Made by a program: the position numbers and the translations under genes
In this document: positions 30,503 through 40,989 of the stretch, piece by piece
Numbering within the stretch: the first letter of the stretch is position 1
Layout: each line of letters opens with the position of its first letter
Notes under the pieces: model-generated
What the model saw: the letters and a program-made list of their open reading frames with translations, nothing else
The model's database searches: none
Told to the model about the DNA's origin: nothing
Assembly: GCA_965202625.1 (NCBI GenBank)
Contig: CBDBBI010000010.1
Location: forward strand, 1,248,001 to 1,312,000
Reading direction: 5' to 3'
Length of the DNA: 64,000 nt
Source: a bacterium
GTDB taxonomy: Bacteria; UBA8248

Positions 30503-31699
30503 TCAGTATCCCTCCTGAGATCTGGCCAGTCGCTCCTGGTGATTCTGCCAGCCGCATCGAAAACGCTCCTTCGCCGCTTTCTTGAAATTCTCGCGAGCGA
30601 ACCGCTCCGCTTGCCTGCGCGCGGCCTTCGGGGAAAACACGTGCTCGATTTTCTCGAACGCCAGGACCGCCTCCGCGATGTGGGTAGGATCCGATTCGGC
30701 GAAAAAAATTCCCGTGGGCTCCGCTTCCCCATCCCCTTCCCAGGGAGTAAAACCTGGCGGCGCCTGATATGCGTCGGCATTCACGCCCACGACGGTCTCG
30801 AGCGCGTAGCCCGCTCCTAAAGCGAGAACCGGGCGACCGCAAGCCTGCGCCTCGAGCGGGGCGATTCCAAAGTCCTCCTCTCCCGTAAAGACGAAGGCGC
30901 GGCACCCCTCATAAAGCTCCCGTATGGTTTCATCGTCCTGCCAGCCTAGGAATTCCACGTTGGACTCTCCCAACGCGCGCACGCGCTCAAAATCCTGGCC
31001 CGTTCCCACTACCTTGAGCGGACGACCAAGCCGGCCAAACGCCTCCACCGCCGCGGCCACGCGCTTGTAGGGCGCAAACGCAGTGACCATGAGATAATAG
31101 TCCGAGATGCGTTCCCCTTTCGACCGATAGAACTCGACGTCCACCGGCGGATAGAGCACGTCCGCCGCCCTCCCATAATATCGACGAATGCGCTCCGCCA
31201 CCGTATGACTATTAGCGATGAACTCGTGCACCCCCTTGTTCGCCTCGTTGTCCCACCTGCGCAGATATTCGACGAGGGGAGGAAAAAGCCATTTGGCCGC
31301 ACCATCGAGGCCTGCGCGATATTCCTCATACGCGCTCCAGGCGTAGCGCATCGGCGTATGACAATAGCTGAGGTGGCAGGTCTCGTGGCCTCCCCTCACC
31401 CCCTTCGCGACGCAATGCGAACTGGAGAGGATGAAATCGTACTCCCCAAGCGGGAGCATCCTCACAGCCGTCGGCATCAAGGGAAGCATGCGCCGATAGT
31501 GGCGCTCGACGCCGGGAATCCACTGCAAGGGACTGGCGTGGATACGATGTCGCTCAATGGTCTCCGAAACCGCGCCCGGCAGGTGAAGCAGGGTGAAAAT
31601 ATCGGCTTCTGGATATATTTCGCAAAACGCCTCAAGACATTTCTCCCCGCCTCTCATCCCCGTGAGCCAATCGTGCACGATCGCTATCCGCATGTGCAT
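30503..31699 (-). CDS. Glycosyltransferase family 4
   Basis: IVHDWLTGMRGGEKCL, YCHTPMRYAW, EEDFGIAPLEAQACGRPV. Confidence 0.95.
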   Translation of the reverse strand: MHMRIAIVHDWLTGMRGGEKCLEAFCEIYPEADIFTLLHLPGAVSETIERHRIHASPLQWIPGVERHYRRMLPLMPTAVRMLPLGEYDFILSSSHCVAKGVRGGHETCHLSYCHTPMRYAWSAYEEYRAGLDGAAKWLFPPLVEYLRRWDNEANKGVHEFIANSHTVAERIRRYYGRAADVLYPPVDVEFYRSKGERISDYYLMVTAFAPYKRVAAAVEAFGRLGRPLKVVGTGQDFERVRALGESNVEFLGWQDDETIRELYEGCRAFVFTGEEDFGIAPLEAQACGRPVLALGAGYALETVVGVNADAYQAPPGFTPWEGDGEAEPTGIFFAESDPTHIAEAVLAFEKIEHVFSPKAARRQAERFARENFKKAAKERFRCGWQNHQERLARSQEGY

Positions 31700-31709
31700 C
31701 CTCTCGGTT

Positions 31710-32840
31710 TCATGGTTCTAGGACAGATGAGGAGGCGGGCACTCTCTCGGGCGAACATCCAAGGGCGTCTCGATAGGCGCGCCTCGTTTCGGCGGCGAGT
31801 TCCTCCCACCGAAAAAGGCGCGCGCGCTCCTTCGCCTTTCTACCGAGAACGTCTCTGAGTCCCCGCTCCTTGAGCACACGCAGCATCGCTTCCCGTAGAG
31901 CAGCCTTATCACCTCGGGGGACGATCAAGCCGGCGTCCCGGACCATCTCGGGCAAAGCGCCGGCGTCCGATACGATCGGCGGCGTGCCGCATGCCATGGC
32001 CTCCAGAGGAGGATAGCCGAACCCCTCGTAGAGCGAGGGCAACACTAGTGCCCGGGCGGAACGGTAGACGCCGGGCAACGCTTCCGGGGACATGCGCCCC
32101 AGAAACACCACATCTTCGCCCAGGTTCAAAAAGCGCAAAACTCCCTCAAGGTTCTCTCGCTCACCCGCCAGCGCGAGGCGAACGCCGCCCGCCTCCTCCC
32201 TCAGGCCGGCGAAGGCGTCGAGCAGCAATTCCAGATTCTTGTGTCGCTTGTGATTTCCCACATACAGGAAATACGGCGCATCGCCCAGCCGATCCAACGC
32301 CTCGGGCCTGGGTGCGCGCCCATGCTCCCAGTCGGGCGGCAGGGCGTTGCGCGTCACGCGAATTTTCTCCTCCGGAACGCCCACGTGCTCCATGATCTGG
32401 CTTTTCGTGTGCTCGGAGGCGGTCAGAATCAGGCGCGCCCGTCGCGCCGTTCTCCTGATCATCCATTTCGAAACGCGCCAATGAATCGGCGATGGACAAA
32501 ACGCAGGAAACAGCTGATGAATCAGGTCATGAATCGTCGCCACCATTGGCGTCCGTCCGAGGAAGGGGGCGAAATAATGCGGATGATGAACGAGGTCCAG
32601 GCACTCCCGCTCGAGCAGCAGGGGCAGGGCCGCCTGCTCGGCTATCGAGTAGGGCAGTGCCTCGCAAACTACGCACTTAAAGTTCCTCCCCAGGTCGGCG
32701 CAGCCTTCCATGTCCTTTTTGTGCAAGAAGAGGACATACTCCGCGTCATCGTCACTCCTGCTCAGACTAGAGAGCAAACTTCTCAGGTAGGTTCCGACGC
32801 CGCTCATCGACAGCATTCGCGCGTCAACGCCTATACGCAT
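31710..32840 (-). CDS. Glycosyltransferase family 4
   Basis: MRIGVDAR, TIHDL, YVGNHKRHKN, PSLYEGFGYPPLEAMACGTP. Confidence 0.95.
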   Translation of the reverse strand: MRIGVDARMLSMSGVGTYLRSLLSSLSRSDDDAEYVLFLHKKDMEGCADLGRNFKCVVCEALPYSIAEQAALPLLLERECLDLVHHPHYFAPFLGRTPMVATIHDLIHQLFPAFCPSPIHWRVSKWMIRRTARRARLILTASEHTKSQIMEHVGVPEEKIRVTRNALPPDWEHGRAPRPEALDRLGDAPYFLYVGNHKRHKNLELLLDAFAGLREEAGGVRLALAGERENLEGVLRFLNLGEDVVFLGRMSPEALPGVYRSARALVLPSLYEGFGYPPLEAMACGTPPIVSDAGALPEMVRDAGLIVPRGDKAALREAMLRVLKERGLRDVLGRKAKERARLFRWEELAAETRRAYRDALGCSPERVPASSSVLEP

Positions 32841-34106
32841 CTTCGCACCGCCTCCTTACCCGCTCGAGAGCCGTTCAAGGATGCGGCGCCTTTGCGCAGC
32901 ACCACCACGTTCCAGCAACGCGGCCCCCAGACGCTCGGATCGCTCAGCCCCTGAAAGATGCAAATCAAGGGAACGTCCAGCGTCGCAGCGATATGGGAGG
33001 GGCTCAAATCCTTTCCGATGAAAAGCTGGCAAGCTTTAATCACCCCCCATCAGCGACCCGAGGTTCCTCACCTTATCACACAGGTCCATAATCGCACCCT
33101 TGACGCGAACGCCCTTTATGGAGCACAAAATCGAAGCGGCGATCTACCGATCCTCTGGCTCGCCTAGCAACAACACTCGCGCGGGAAGTTTTGAGACGAC
33201 CCATACGGTCCGATCAGCTCGCTATAATGCTGGTGGCTCCATATTCTCCTATCCTGACAACGCCTGGGTGAATCCCTATGAAAACGCTCTCGCTCGTCCC
33301 CCGCCAAAGAAAGAGAAGAGCCCCCCTTGCCCTATCTCCTCTTGCGAGAGGGCCAGATTGGGGTTTTTCGTCTCTAACGGACCCGGTACTGCATACTCGA
33401 GTAAATTCAGGTTTCTCTCCACTTGATTGCACCCGGGAATCTCCTCGCACTCCGCGTCCAGACCGAAAGCCGAACCCCCTGATTCCGCGCCCGCCCATAT
33501 AACGCGCCCCCGAGAGCCTGGATGCGATGAGCGATTGAAAATCTCCGGCGAAATCCACCACCAAATCGTAGGCACCGCCAATTTCCTCCATCCGAAATCG
33601 GAGCAGCCGCATCAGGACAACCGAGCGAAAAGCGATTTTTCTCGATTCGGCCTGTCGCGCCAGGCTCCGTCGAACACGAGAAAATCAACGCCGGGCAACC
33701 CTTCGTCAAAACCCTCGAACAAAGAGCAGACGGATGAAAGGTCAATTTGCATGTCCGGTAGACTTTTTCGAACCGCGTGAATGGCGGGAAGCGTACAGAC
33801 GAGGTCACCGATACAATCGGGCGCACCAGAAGAACACGACGAATAGACGAGGGTCTGTCTCTCGTTTTGCCTAAAAAGATATCGCCCGCTAGGTCGAGGG
33901 CGCGAAACACACCCCCCTTGCCATGGGCTGCCGGTAGTCGTAATTCCTCTGAAAACAGAGGTCCTGCCGTTTCGCTTCCGTCCGAACGACGGAGCATTGA
34001 TTGAGGGGGGAATCGGGTTTTTGAGGCACCCGCAAACGATCCTGGGGAAAAAACGTGCCGTATCCAGAGGCAAGTAGCGTCTCACCGTTTTTCCCGCTTC
34101 GCTCAT
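32831..34106 (-). pseudogene. Glycosyltransferase family 9 (heptosyltransferase-like) pseudogene
   Basis: GT9 motifs are scattered across frames: IGDLVCTLPAIHAVRKSLPD, YDLVVDFAGD, IGIHPG, LFIGKDLSPSHIAATLDVPLICIF. Confidence 0.8.
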
Positions 34107-35566
34107 CCGCGCACCCCCACAGTAAACCTCAGTCGTATCGGCAACAGGGAATATAACGCGCACCGCCCATCTGCGGAAATTCCGCCGCCCCAGATGATTC
34201 CCGCACAATAAAGAACGCCGCAGCAAACTGCGCGCACGATGAGCGGTGCGGGCAACCAGAGGAGTATCACCCCCGACAAGAGGGCCGTCAGACATGTCCA
34301 GCTCATGGATTCGTATGGGGGGGATCCACGCATCGCCACAACGCGGCGGTGCACGCGCACAGCATAACGCCCTCGGTGATAAGGCTCGCCCAGCTCCGCC
34401 CCCACGAAGTCGTAGCGCGGTATCAACAAGGCGTTGAACACGACGTTCAGCAACGCAAAAGAAAACGCGTAGCCCATGAACGCGCGTTCCCTCTCAATCG
34501 CCATGAAAAACATGGTCATCACGTAGAGGGAGAAGTTCATCGCCATCGTCCAGCACAGGACGCGCAACCCGCTTTAGGCCGCAAGATATTCTGCCCCATA
34601 CACCAAGAAGACGATCTCCTGAGAGAATATGAAAACCCCCAAAACCAGCGGCAGGGCCGCGATGGTGACCAAAGGCAGCGCGACGCGATACATTTTCTCG
34701 ATCCGCTCCCGCCCTCCGGATGAATGTGCCTCCGAGACTAAGGGCAGCAAAGTGGTCGTGAGCGCAATGGGGATGGTGCCCAAAGAACCCGTCAAGCGAT
34801 ACCCCGCGCTATACATGCCTGCGGAAATAGAGTCGCTCATCCACTCCAGCATCAAAATATCGCTGCGCGCATACGCGATTACACACAGACCCGCTACTCC
34901 CACCGGAAGCGCGCTGAGGAGCAACCTTCTCCCTCCAGAGGGAGAAGTCCCAACCAAATTCCGGCCGCATCTCTCGGAGGGATAACCAGCCCAGAACGAA
35001 AACGCTTGGAGCGAGCGCGAGAAACTGAAAGCCGACGATCTCCGGCAAAGTCCACTGATTCAAGGCAGCCCAAAGCAGGCAAAAGGCGGAGAAGATATCC
35101 GCGCCAATCCCCACGAAAATGGGGGTCGCCATCTTAAGACCCGCCTCAAAGGGCAGGTCAAACACCGAGCGGAACGAAAAAACACGAAACGAGGTGAAAA
35201 CGAAGAAGCACGCCACGAGCGTGGCCCAGCACACCTCGCCCGCCGGCACGGTAAAGAACACCACGAGAGAAGCCGCCAACCAGATTGCGAGCGACAAGAT
35301 GAGATTGAGAACGATCTCCTGCCCGAATATCCGGGGTGCCTCGGCCTTGTCCTTCGCCATTTCGCGAACCATGACGCGGTGAAGTCCGCAGTCGGTGAAA
35401 ACGCAGAACATCTCCGCGTAAGCGAGGGCGAAGGCATAAGCTCCGAAGCCTTGAACCCCAAGAACGCGCGCCAGCACGATGATAAGGACAGCCGGACGAG
35501 GCGTTCACACCCTTTGCCGAAAAATAGCCAGCCCAAATTTTTCGTCGCCCGCCGCACCCCGTCCAT
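34103..35566 (-). pseudogene. Wzx-type polysaccharide flippase pseudogene
   Basis: Consecutive fragments in different frames: RRATKNLGWL, LARVLGVQGFGAYAFA, YARSDILML..GMYSAGYRL, LNVVFNALLIPRY. Confidence 0.85.
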
Positions 35567-36056
35567 TCGCCGCCCTTCAAACCCCGAACCTTATAAAGGC
35601 GATGCGTTTTCTCGGCCGTCCCCGCAGAGCCGCAGGACTCCCCTCTTCCATGTATATGACGTCCGATCGCGCACGCTTGAGCACATCCCCCAATCCGCGC
35701 GACGGGACGGTAAATATGGCCGCCCGCTCCTCTTACTGAAAACCAACGGACGAGTGAGAATCCCGTATCCCCGTCCTCCTCGCCCTCCTCACAGGTGAGC
35801 GCACGCGCCTGGGCGGCCCTTCATGAAGCGGACGCGACGTCAACCGCCATGACCACTATCGGGCGGGAGTTCAGCGGAGAGACCCTTTGGAGAGCAGCAC
35901 CGGGCGAGTCTGGTTTCACGAATGAACCGCGCAGACGAAAACACCATTATTCTATCCCCCCACACCCGCGTGAAACACAACACGCGCTTGACACGAGCCC
36001 AGTGGGTAGGGGAACTTGCCGGTGGTACATCATTCACCCATTGAGGAGCGAAACCC

Positions 36057-36926
36057 ATGAACGATCCCGGGGCGCGCCTCCGGACGCTCCTGGAAGCGAA
36101 AGAGCCTCTGCTCGCTCCCGCCTGCATTGACGCCTTCAGCGCGCGCATGGTCGAACAGGCCGGATTCGCGGTGAACTATCTGACGGGCAACGGCGCCTCG
36201 GCGGCGCTTCTCGGCAAGCCGGACGTGGGCTTCATGACGCTACGCGAGGTGGTCGACGTGTGCCGAAACGTCGTTCAGGCCACCTCGATTCCCCTGATCG
36301 CGGACGCTGACACCGGATACGGCAACGCCGTCAACGTGATTCGCACCGTCCGTGAGATGGAAGCCGCCGGCGTCGCCTGCATCCAGATCGAGGATCAGGT
36401 GACCCCGAAAAGATGTGGCTTTCTGCCCGGCGCGGTCCCCGTCATCTCCCTGGAGGAGCAGCTCGGCAAACTGAAAGCGGCCCTTGACGCCCGAAGGAGC
36501 GCGAATTTCCTCATCCTCGCCCGCACGGACGCCGCCGCGGACCATGGGTTGGACGAGGCGATTCGCCGGGCGGTCGCCTACAAGGAGGCGGGTGCCGACC
36601 TCACGTTCATCGAGCTGGAGGGGACGGAAGATGAACTGAGGAGAATTGGGGCGGAAGTTCCCCCGCCCCATGTCACGACGCTGGACGAGTCCAGGCGCGA
36701 GGCGACGCTCGGCGTGGATGCACTGGGCGCACTCGGCTTCGGCGTCGTCATCTATCCGGGGGTCGTGCGCTGCGCCTACCTCAAGGCGGTGACAGAGGTT
36801 CTGCGTATTCTCAGAGAGGAAGGCTCCACGCGCTCCGCGCGCGAGATGATGGCCACCTTCCAGGACTACAACGACGCCCTCGGCATCTCGGAAATTCAGG
36901 CGTGGGAACGCGAATATCTCGGATGA
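36057..36926 (+). CDS. Isocitrate lyase/PEP mutase family lyase
   Basis: DAFSAR, LIADADTGYG, QIEDQVTPKRCGF, ILARTDA, AYKEAGAD. Confidence 0.92.
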   Translation: MNDPGARLRTLLEAKEPLLAPACIDAFSARMVEQAGFAVNYLTGNGASAALLGKPDVGFMTLREVVDVCRNVVQATSIPLIADADTGYGNAVNVIRTVREMEAAGVACIQIEDQVTPKRCGFLPGAVPVISLEEQLGKLKAALDARRSANFLILARTDAAADHGLDEAIRRAVAYKEAGADLTFIELEGTEDELRRIGAEVPPPHVTTLDESRREATLGVDALGALGFGVVIYPGVVRCAYLKAVTEVLRILREEGSTRSAREMMATFQDYNDALGISEIQAWEREYLG

Positions 36927-36954
36927 CGCGTCGCGCCCACCCAGGGAGCAGACA

Positions 36955-37257
36955 ATGATCACCGTAGGCATGTATTACGAAGTGCTGCCAGGCAAGGCGA
37001 AGGAGTTCGAGGCAAAGTTTGAGACCGTGGCCGACGCCCTGGAAGACGAGACGGGCCACGTGCAAAGCCTTTTGTATCAACAGGTGAAAAAACCGAATTC
37101 CTACACTATCCTCTCGGAGTGGGACACGCGCGAGGACTTCATGGCCTTCATCAGGAGCGACGCGTTTCGCGCCGTCACGGATTGGGGAAATGCGGAAATC
37201 CTGTCTGGCCGACCACGCCACAAAGTGTATGGTAGAGAGGGCGAACTCGGTTATTAG
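36955..37257 (+). CDS. Antibiotic biosynthesis monooxygenase (ABM) family protein
   Basis: YEVLPGKAKEFE, YTILSEWDTREDF..FIRSDAF dimeric alpha/beta barrel pattern. Confidence 0.88.
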   Translation: MITVGMYYEVLPGKAKEFEAKFETVADALEDETGHVQSLLYQQVKKPNSYTILSEWDTREDFMAFIRSDAFRAVTDWGNAEILSGRPRHKVYGREGELGY

Positions 37258-37483
37258 AGGAAAACCCGGATGCCAGGCATCCCCGGCCACCCATTTGCGC
37301 CACCCCGCTCCGGAGAATGTTGTCTGAGGCGCGCGCGCCGTATCGCATTTATCGGTCATTGGCCCTCGCTGACGGCGATCCGCCGCGCCAACCGTTTGAC
37401 GGAGCGTCGGATGCAATGCGTGCGCCGCCAAACGCCGGAGCGCGCCACGCAAACTGCGCAGGCTCAAAATATAGGAGAAAAAA

Positions 37484-38388
37484 ATGGCGCGCAAGAGAAC
37501 GAAAAAAATTGCGTTTTTGGGCTTGGGCCGCATGGAGGATTGATGACGAAGCACCTGATTGACGCCGGCTTCGACCTCACGGGCTATGACCCTGTCCCCA
37601 GGGCCGCAGCCGTAGCCCAAAAAAACGGCGCCAAAATCGCAAGCGGCGTCGCCGACGCGGTCAAGGGCGCCGACGTGATATGCAGCTCGCTCCCCACGAC
37701 CGCGGCTGTGAGGAGCGTCTATCTCAGCGCCGACGGGGCGCTCAAGGCGACCCGACGCGGCGCGATCTGCTTCGAGCTTTCGACAAGTAGCGTTCGTCTG
37801 GCGAGGGAGATCGCCGCGGAGGCCGAGAAGAGAGGAATCGCCTTTTTGGACGCCCCCGTCAGCGGGAGCATCCCTCATCTCGAGCGCAAGGAGGTGTCCG
37901 CTATCGTGGGCGGCGACCGGACAGCGCTCAAAGAACACCGCGACGTGCTCGACACCTTCAGCAAATCGGTCACCTACATGGGACAATCTGGAAACGGCCT
38001 GATCATGAAGCTGGTGACGAACCATATCCTGAACATCCAGCACGCGGGGATGGCCGAGGGACTGGCATTCGGGATGAAAGCGGGACTGCCGAGCCGGAAA
38101 ATGGTAAAATTCCTGCAGGAAAGCGTCCTTCCCCACCTGATGCATTACAAGGGGCCGGCGATGGCGGCGCGGGATTACTCCGATGTCATCGCGAACGTGG
38201 GCATCAGTTTCAAGGACCTGGGGCTGAGCATTGAGGAGGCGAACGATCTGGGCGCCCCCGTCCCCTTGGGCGCCGCCGCGCGGCAGCAGTATACATCCGC
38301 CATGGCGCTCGGCCTGGAACAAGCGGATTTCAACGCGGTTTTCGAGGCTTTCCTGAACGCCATGGGTGTGAAGACGAAAAGGAAATAG
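37484..38388 (+). pseudogene. Beta-hydroxyacid dehydrogenase (3-hydroxyisobutyrate DH family) with a 1-nt frameshift near the 5' end
   Basis: RBS AGGAG then ATG 37484 gives MARKRTKKIAFLGLGRMED*; the rest (GLMTKHL..DAPVSG..MKLVTN) continues in another frame. Confidence 0.8.
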
Positions 38389-38427
38389 CGGGCGCGGCGC
38401 TTCACCGAATTGCGGGAGGGAAGAGAG

Positions 38428-39306
38428 ATGGCGAAAGTAGTTGCTTTCCTGGGGCTGGGAAACATGGGCGCAGGCATGTCGGCGAACCTGGCGAAGGAGG
38501 GCTTTGACGTCCGCGGATTCGATCCGCTCCAATCCGCGCGCGATCGGGCGGCGTCCGCCGGCCTGAAAGTATTCGACACGGCGGCGGAAGCGGCGTCAAG
38601 CGCCGAGGTCATTTGCAGTTCGGTGCCGGAAGTCGCGCACGCGAGAGGAGCGTATCTGGGCGAGACCGGCGCGCTGGCGACCGCCCCTGAGGGCGCGGTC
38701 TGCTTCGACCTGTCCACCCTGACGGTCGAGGGCAGCCAGACACTCGCCGAGGAGGCGAAAAGGCGTGGGGCGCAATTTCTGGACACCCCCGTCAGCGGGA
38801 GCGTGCCCCACGCGAGGGCGGGAACCCTCGCCATCATGGTCGGAGGCGACGAGGCGGCACTCGAGGCCCACCGCGACGTCCTCGAGGCGTTCAGCGCATC
38901 GATTCATCATTTCGGCCCGAACGGGGCGGGCCTTCAGATGAAACTGGTGACGAACCACATCTTCGCGGTGCACATCTCCGCCATCGCCGAGGCACTGACG
39001 GTGGGAACGAAGGGGGGGCTGGACCCCGAGCGGATGGTCGATTTCCTGAAGGCGAGCGTCATACCCAAGATTCTAGAATACAAGGCGTCTCCCATGATCG
39101 CCAAGGACTACACACCCACGTTCACGGTGAACCTGATGCTCAAGGACTTACGCATCATCGCGGCGATGGCCGAGGGCGTCGGAGTGCCAATCCCCCTGTG
39201 TGCCGCCGCGCGCCAGGCGTACATGAGCGCGGCCGCCCTCGGTCACGGGGAAGCGGATCAAAACGCGATACTCGCCTTCTTTGAAAAGGGCGCCGGTATG
39301 GATTAG
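38428..39306 (+). CDS. Beta-hydroxyacid dehydrogenase (3-hydroxyisobutyrate/tartronate semialdehyde reductase family)
   Basis: AFLGLGNMG, DTPVSG, AIMVGG, MKLVTN, MLKDL. Confidence 0.93.
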   Translation: MAKVVAFLGLGNMGAGMSANLAKEGFDVRGFDPLQSARDRAASAGLKVFDTAAEAASSAEVICSSVPEVAHARGAYLGETGALATAPEGAVCFDLSTLTVEGSQTLAEEAKRRGAQFLDTPVSGSVPHARAGTLAIMVGGDEAALEAHRDVLEAFSASIHHFGPNGAGLQMKLVTNHIFAVHISAIAEALTVGTKGGLDPERMVDFLKASVIPKILEYKASPMIAKDYTPTFTVNLMLKDLRIIAAMAEGVGVPIPLCAAARQAYMSAAALGHGEADQNAILAFFEKGAGMD

Positions 39307-39403
39307 CCTGCGCGCACGCGCAACCTATATTAATATTCCGCAGGTGCGCGGCGGACTTTGGGGCCGATGGACTTCCGCCGCCACGTGGCATGAGGCGCTT
39401 GCT

Positions 39404-39428
39404 ATTCTTGAGTAGTTTAGTTTAGTAT
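39404..39428 (+). promoter_or_regulatory. Putative Rrf2-family (IscR type-1-like) operator
   Basis: ATTCTTGAGTAGTTTAGTTTAGTAT matches 20 of 25 positions of ATASYYGACTRWWWYAGTCRRSTAT, in an AT-rich patch upstream of the rhodanese-MoeB gene. Confidence 0.5.
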
Positions 39429-39688
39429 TTAATCGAATTTTGGGTTCCCCGAATTTCTACCAGTCCCGAAACTCCGGGATGGTGAAATGCTCGCGCTAAC
39501 GAGAGACGTCCATCGTCTTTGGAAGGCTGCTTCCGGCCCCGATGGATGAAGACGGCGGCGAACGCAAAATGGCGCGTTGCGCGCTGGGTGGCCCCGGAAG
39601 CCGGGCTTTCAGCCCCGCAGCCTCGACAACGCGATCGTTTTATCTTTATCCAGCTCAGCGAACGCTGGACAGCGAAGGAGACGAGAGA

Positions 39689-40885
39689 ATGGCAAAGACA
39701 GGACGAGACCTGCTCGCCGCCGCGCGGAGCGAGGTGCCCGAGATCACGGCGGAGGAAGTAAAATCCGCCATGGACGCGGGCGAGGAGATGGCGCTCATTG
39801 ACGTGCGCGAACCCGACGAGTTCAGGGGCGGCTACCTGCCGGGCGCCGAGCACGTGAGCAGGGGGTTTTTGGAGCTCCAGATCGAAGGGGTCATTCCCGA
39901 CAGGTCAACGCCCATCGTCGCCTATTGCGCGGGTGGGGTGCGTTCGCTGCTCGCCGGCCAGGTCTTGCGGTCCATGGGCTATGGAAGCGTGAAGTCGATG
40001 GCGGGCGGCTACGGGAAATGGAAGGACCTGGGCTTTCCCGTCCAGGTCGACAAGCAGATGAGCGCCGAGCAGCTCAACCGCTACAGCCGCCATTTCCTGC
40101 TCTCTCAAATCGGAGAAAAGGGACAGGCCAAACTGCTGGACGCCAAGGTTGTCCTGATAGGGGCGGGCGGCCTGGGTTCTCCCACCGGACTTTACCTGGC
40201 GGCCATGGGCACCGGTGCCATCGGCATCGTGGACCTTGACGTGGTGGACATGAGCAACCTTCAGCGACAGATCATTCACACCAACGAGCGCGTGGGCACC
40301 TCCAAGGTGGAAAGTGCGCGGGCCACCCTCAACGCGCTGAACCCCGACGTGCGCGTCATCGCCCACGAGGAGAGGCTGAACAGGGAAAACGCGCTCGACA
40401 TCCTGAAGGACTACGACGTCATCGTGAACGGGGCGGACAACTTCCCCACCCGCTACCTCGTCAACGACGCGGCCGTGTTCCTGGGCAAGCCCATCGTCGA
40501 CGCCTCCATCTTCAAATTCGAGGGACAGGCCACCGTCTACCACCCCGCGGAGGGAGGCCCCTGCTACCGCTGCCTCTATCCCGAACCCCCGCCGCCCGGC
40601 ATGGTCCCCTCCTGCCAGGACGCCGGCGTTCTGGGTGCGCTTTGCGGCACCATGGGCTCCATCCAGGCAACGGAGACGGCGAAACTCATCGTGGACTTTG
40701 GCGAGCCGCTCATCGGCAAGCTCCTGATGTACGACGCGCTCAAATCACAGTTCAGGACGCTCAAAATCAGGCGGGACCCCGGTTGCCCCGTGTGCGGAGA
40801 CAGCCCCTCCATCACGCAGCTCATCGACTATGAGTTTTTCTGCGGTCTCACGGAAGCCCCCGCCGCCGCCAACGGAGGCCCATAG
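39689..40885 (+). CDS. moeB: Rhodanese + ThiF/MoeB adenylyltransferase (MoeZ/MoeBR-type)
   Basis: N-terminal rhodanese (IDVREPDE, YCAGGVRS); RYSRH, GAGGLGSP, SNLQRQ, DNFPTRY, PCYRC, CPVCG. Confidence 0.93.
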   Translation: MAKTGRDLLAAARSEVPEITAEEVKSAMDAGEEMALIDVREPDEFRGGYLPGAEHVSRGFLELQIEGVIPDRSTPIVAYCAGGVRSLLAGQVLRSMGYGSVKSMAGGYGKWKDLGFPVQVDKQMSAEQLNRYSRHFLLSQIGEKGQAKLLDAKVVLIGAGGLGSPTGLYLAAMGTGAIGIVDLDVVDMSNLQRQIIHTNERVGTSKVESARATLNALNPDVRVIAHEERLNRENALDILKDYDVIVNGADNFPTRYLVNDAAVFLGKPIVDASIFKFEGQATVYHPAEGGPCYRCLYPEPPPPGMVPSCQDAGVLGALCGTMGSIQATETAKLIVDFGEPLIGKLLMYDALKSQFRTLKIRRDPGCPVCGDSPSITQLIDYEFFCGLTEAPAAANGGP

Positions 40886-40989
40886 GGGAGACCGAGAGCG
40901 AAGCGGCCAAACAAGGAGCGCCGCCGCGCTCTAGGGGAGCGATGAAGAAAGGGCCGCCAACACCAACACTTGGTGTAAATATCCACCCA

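Noticed and set aside
35580-35860. Remnant of another glycosyltransferase upstream of the flippase
   Set aside because: Position fits, but no recognisable motif appears in any frame.
39440-39490. Purine riboswitch suggested by TTTCTACC
   Set aside because: The other conserved elements (TATAAT/ATATGG loop, CCGTAAA, P1 stem) are missing.
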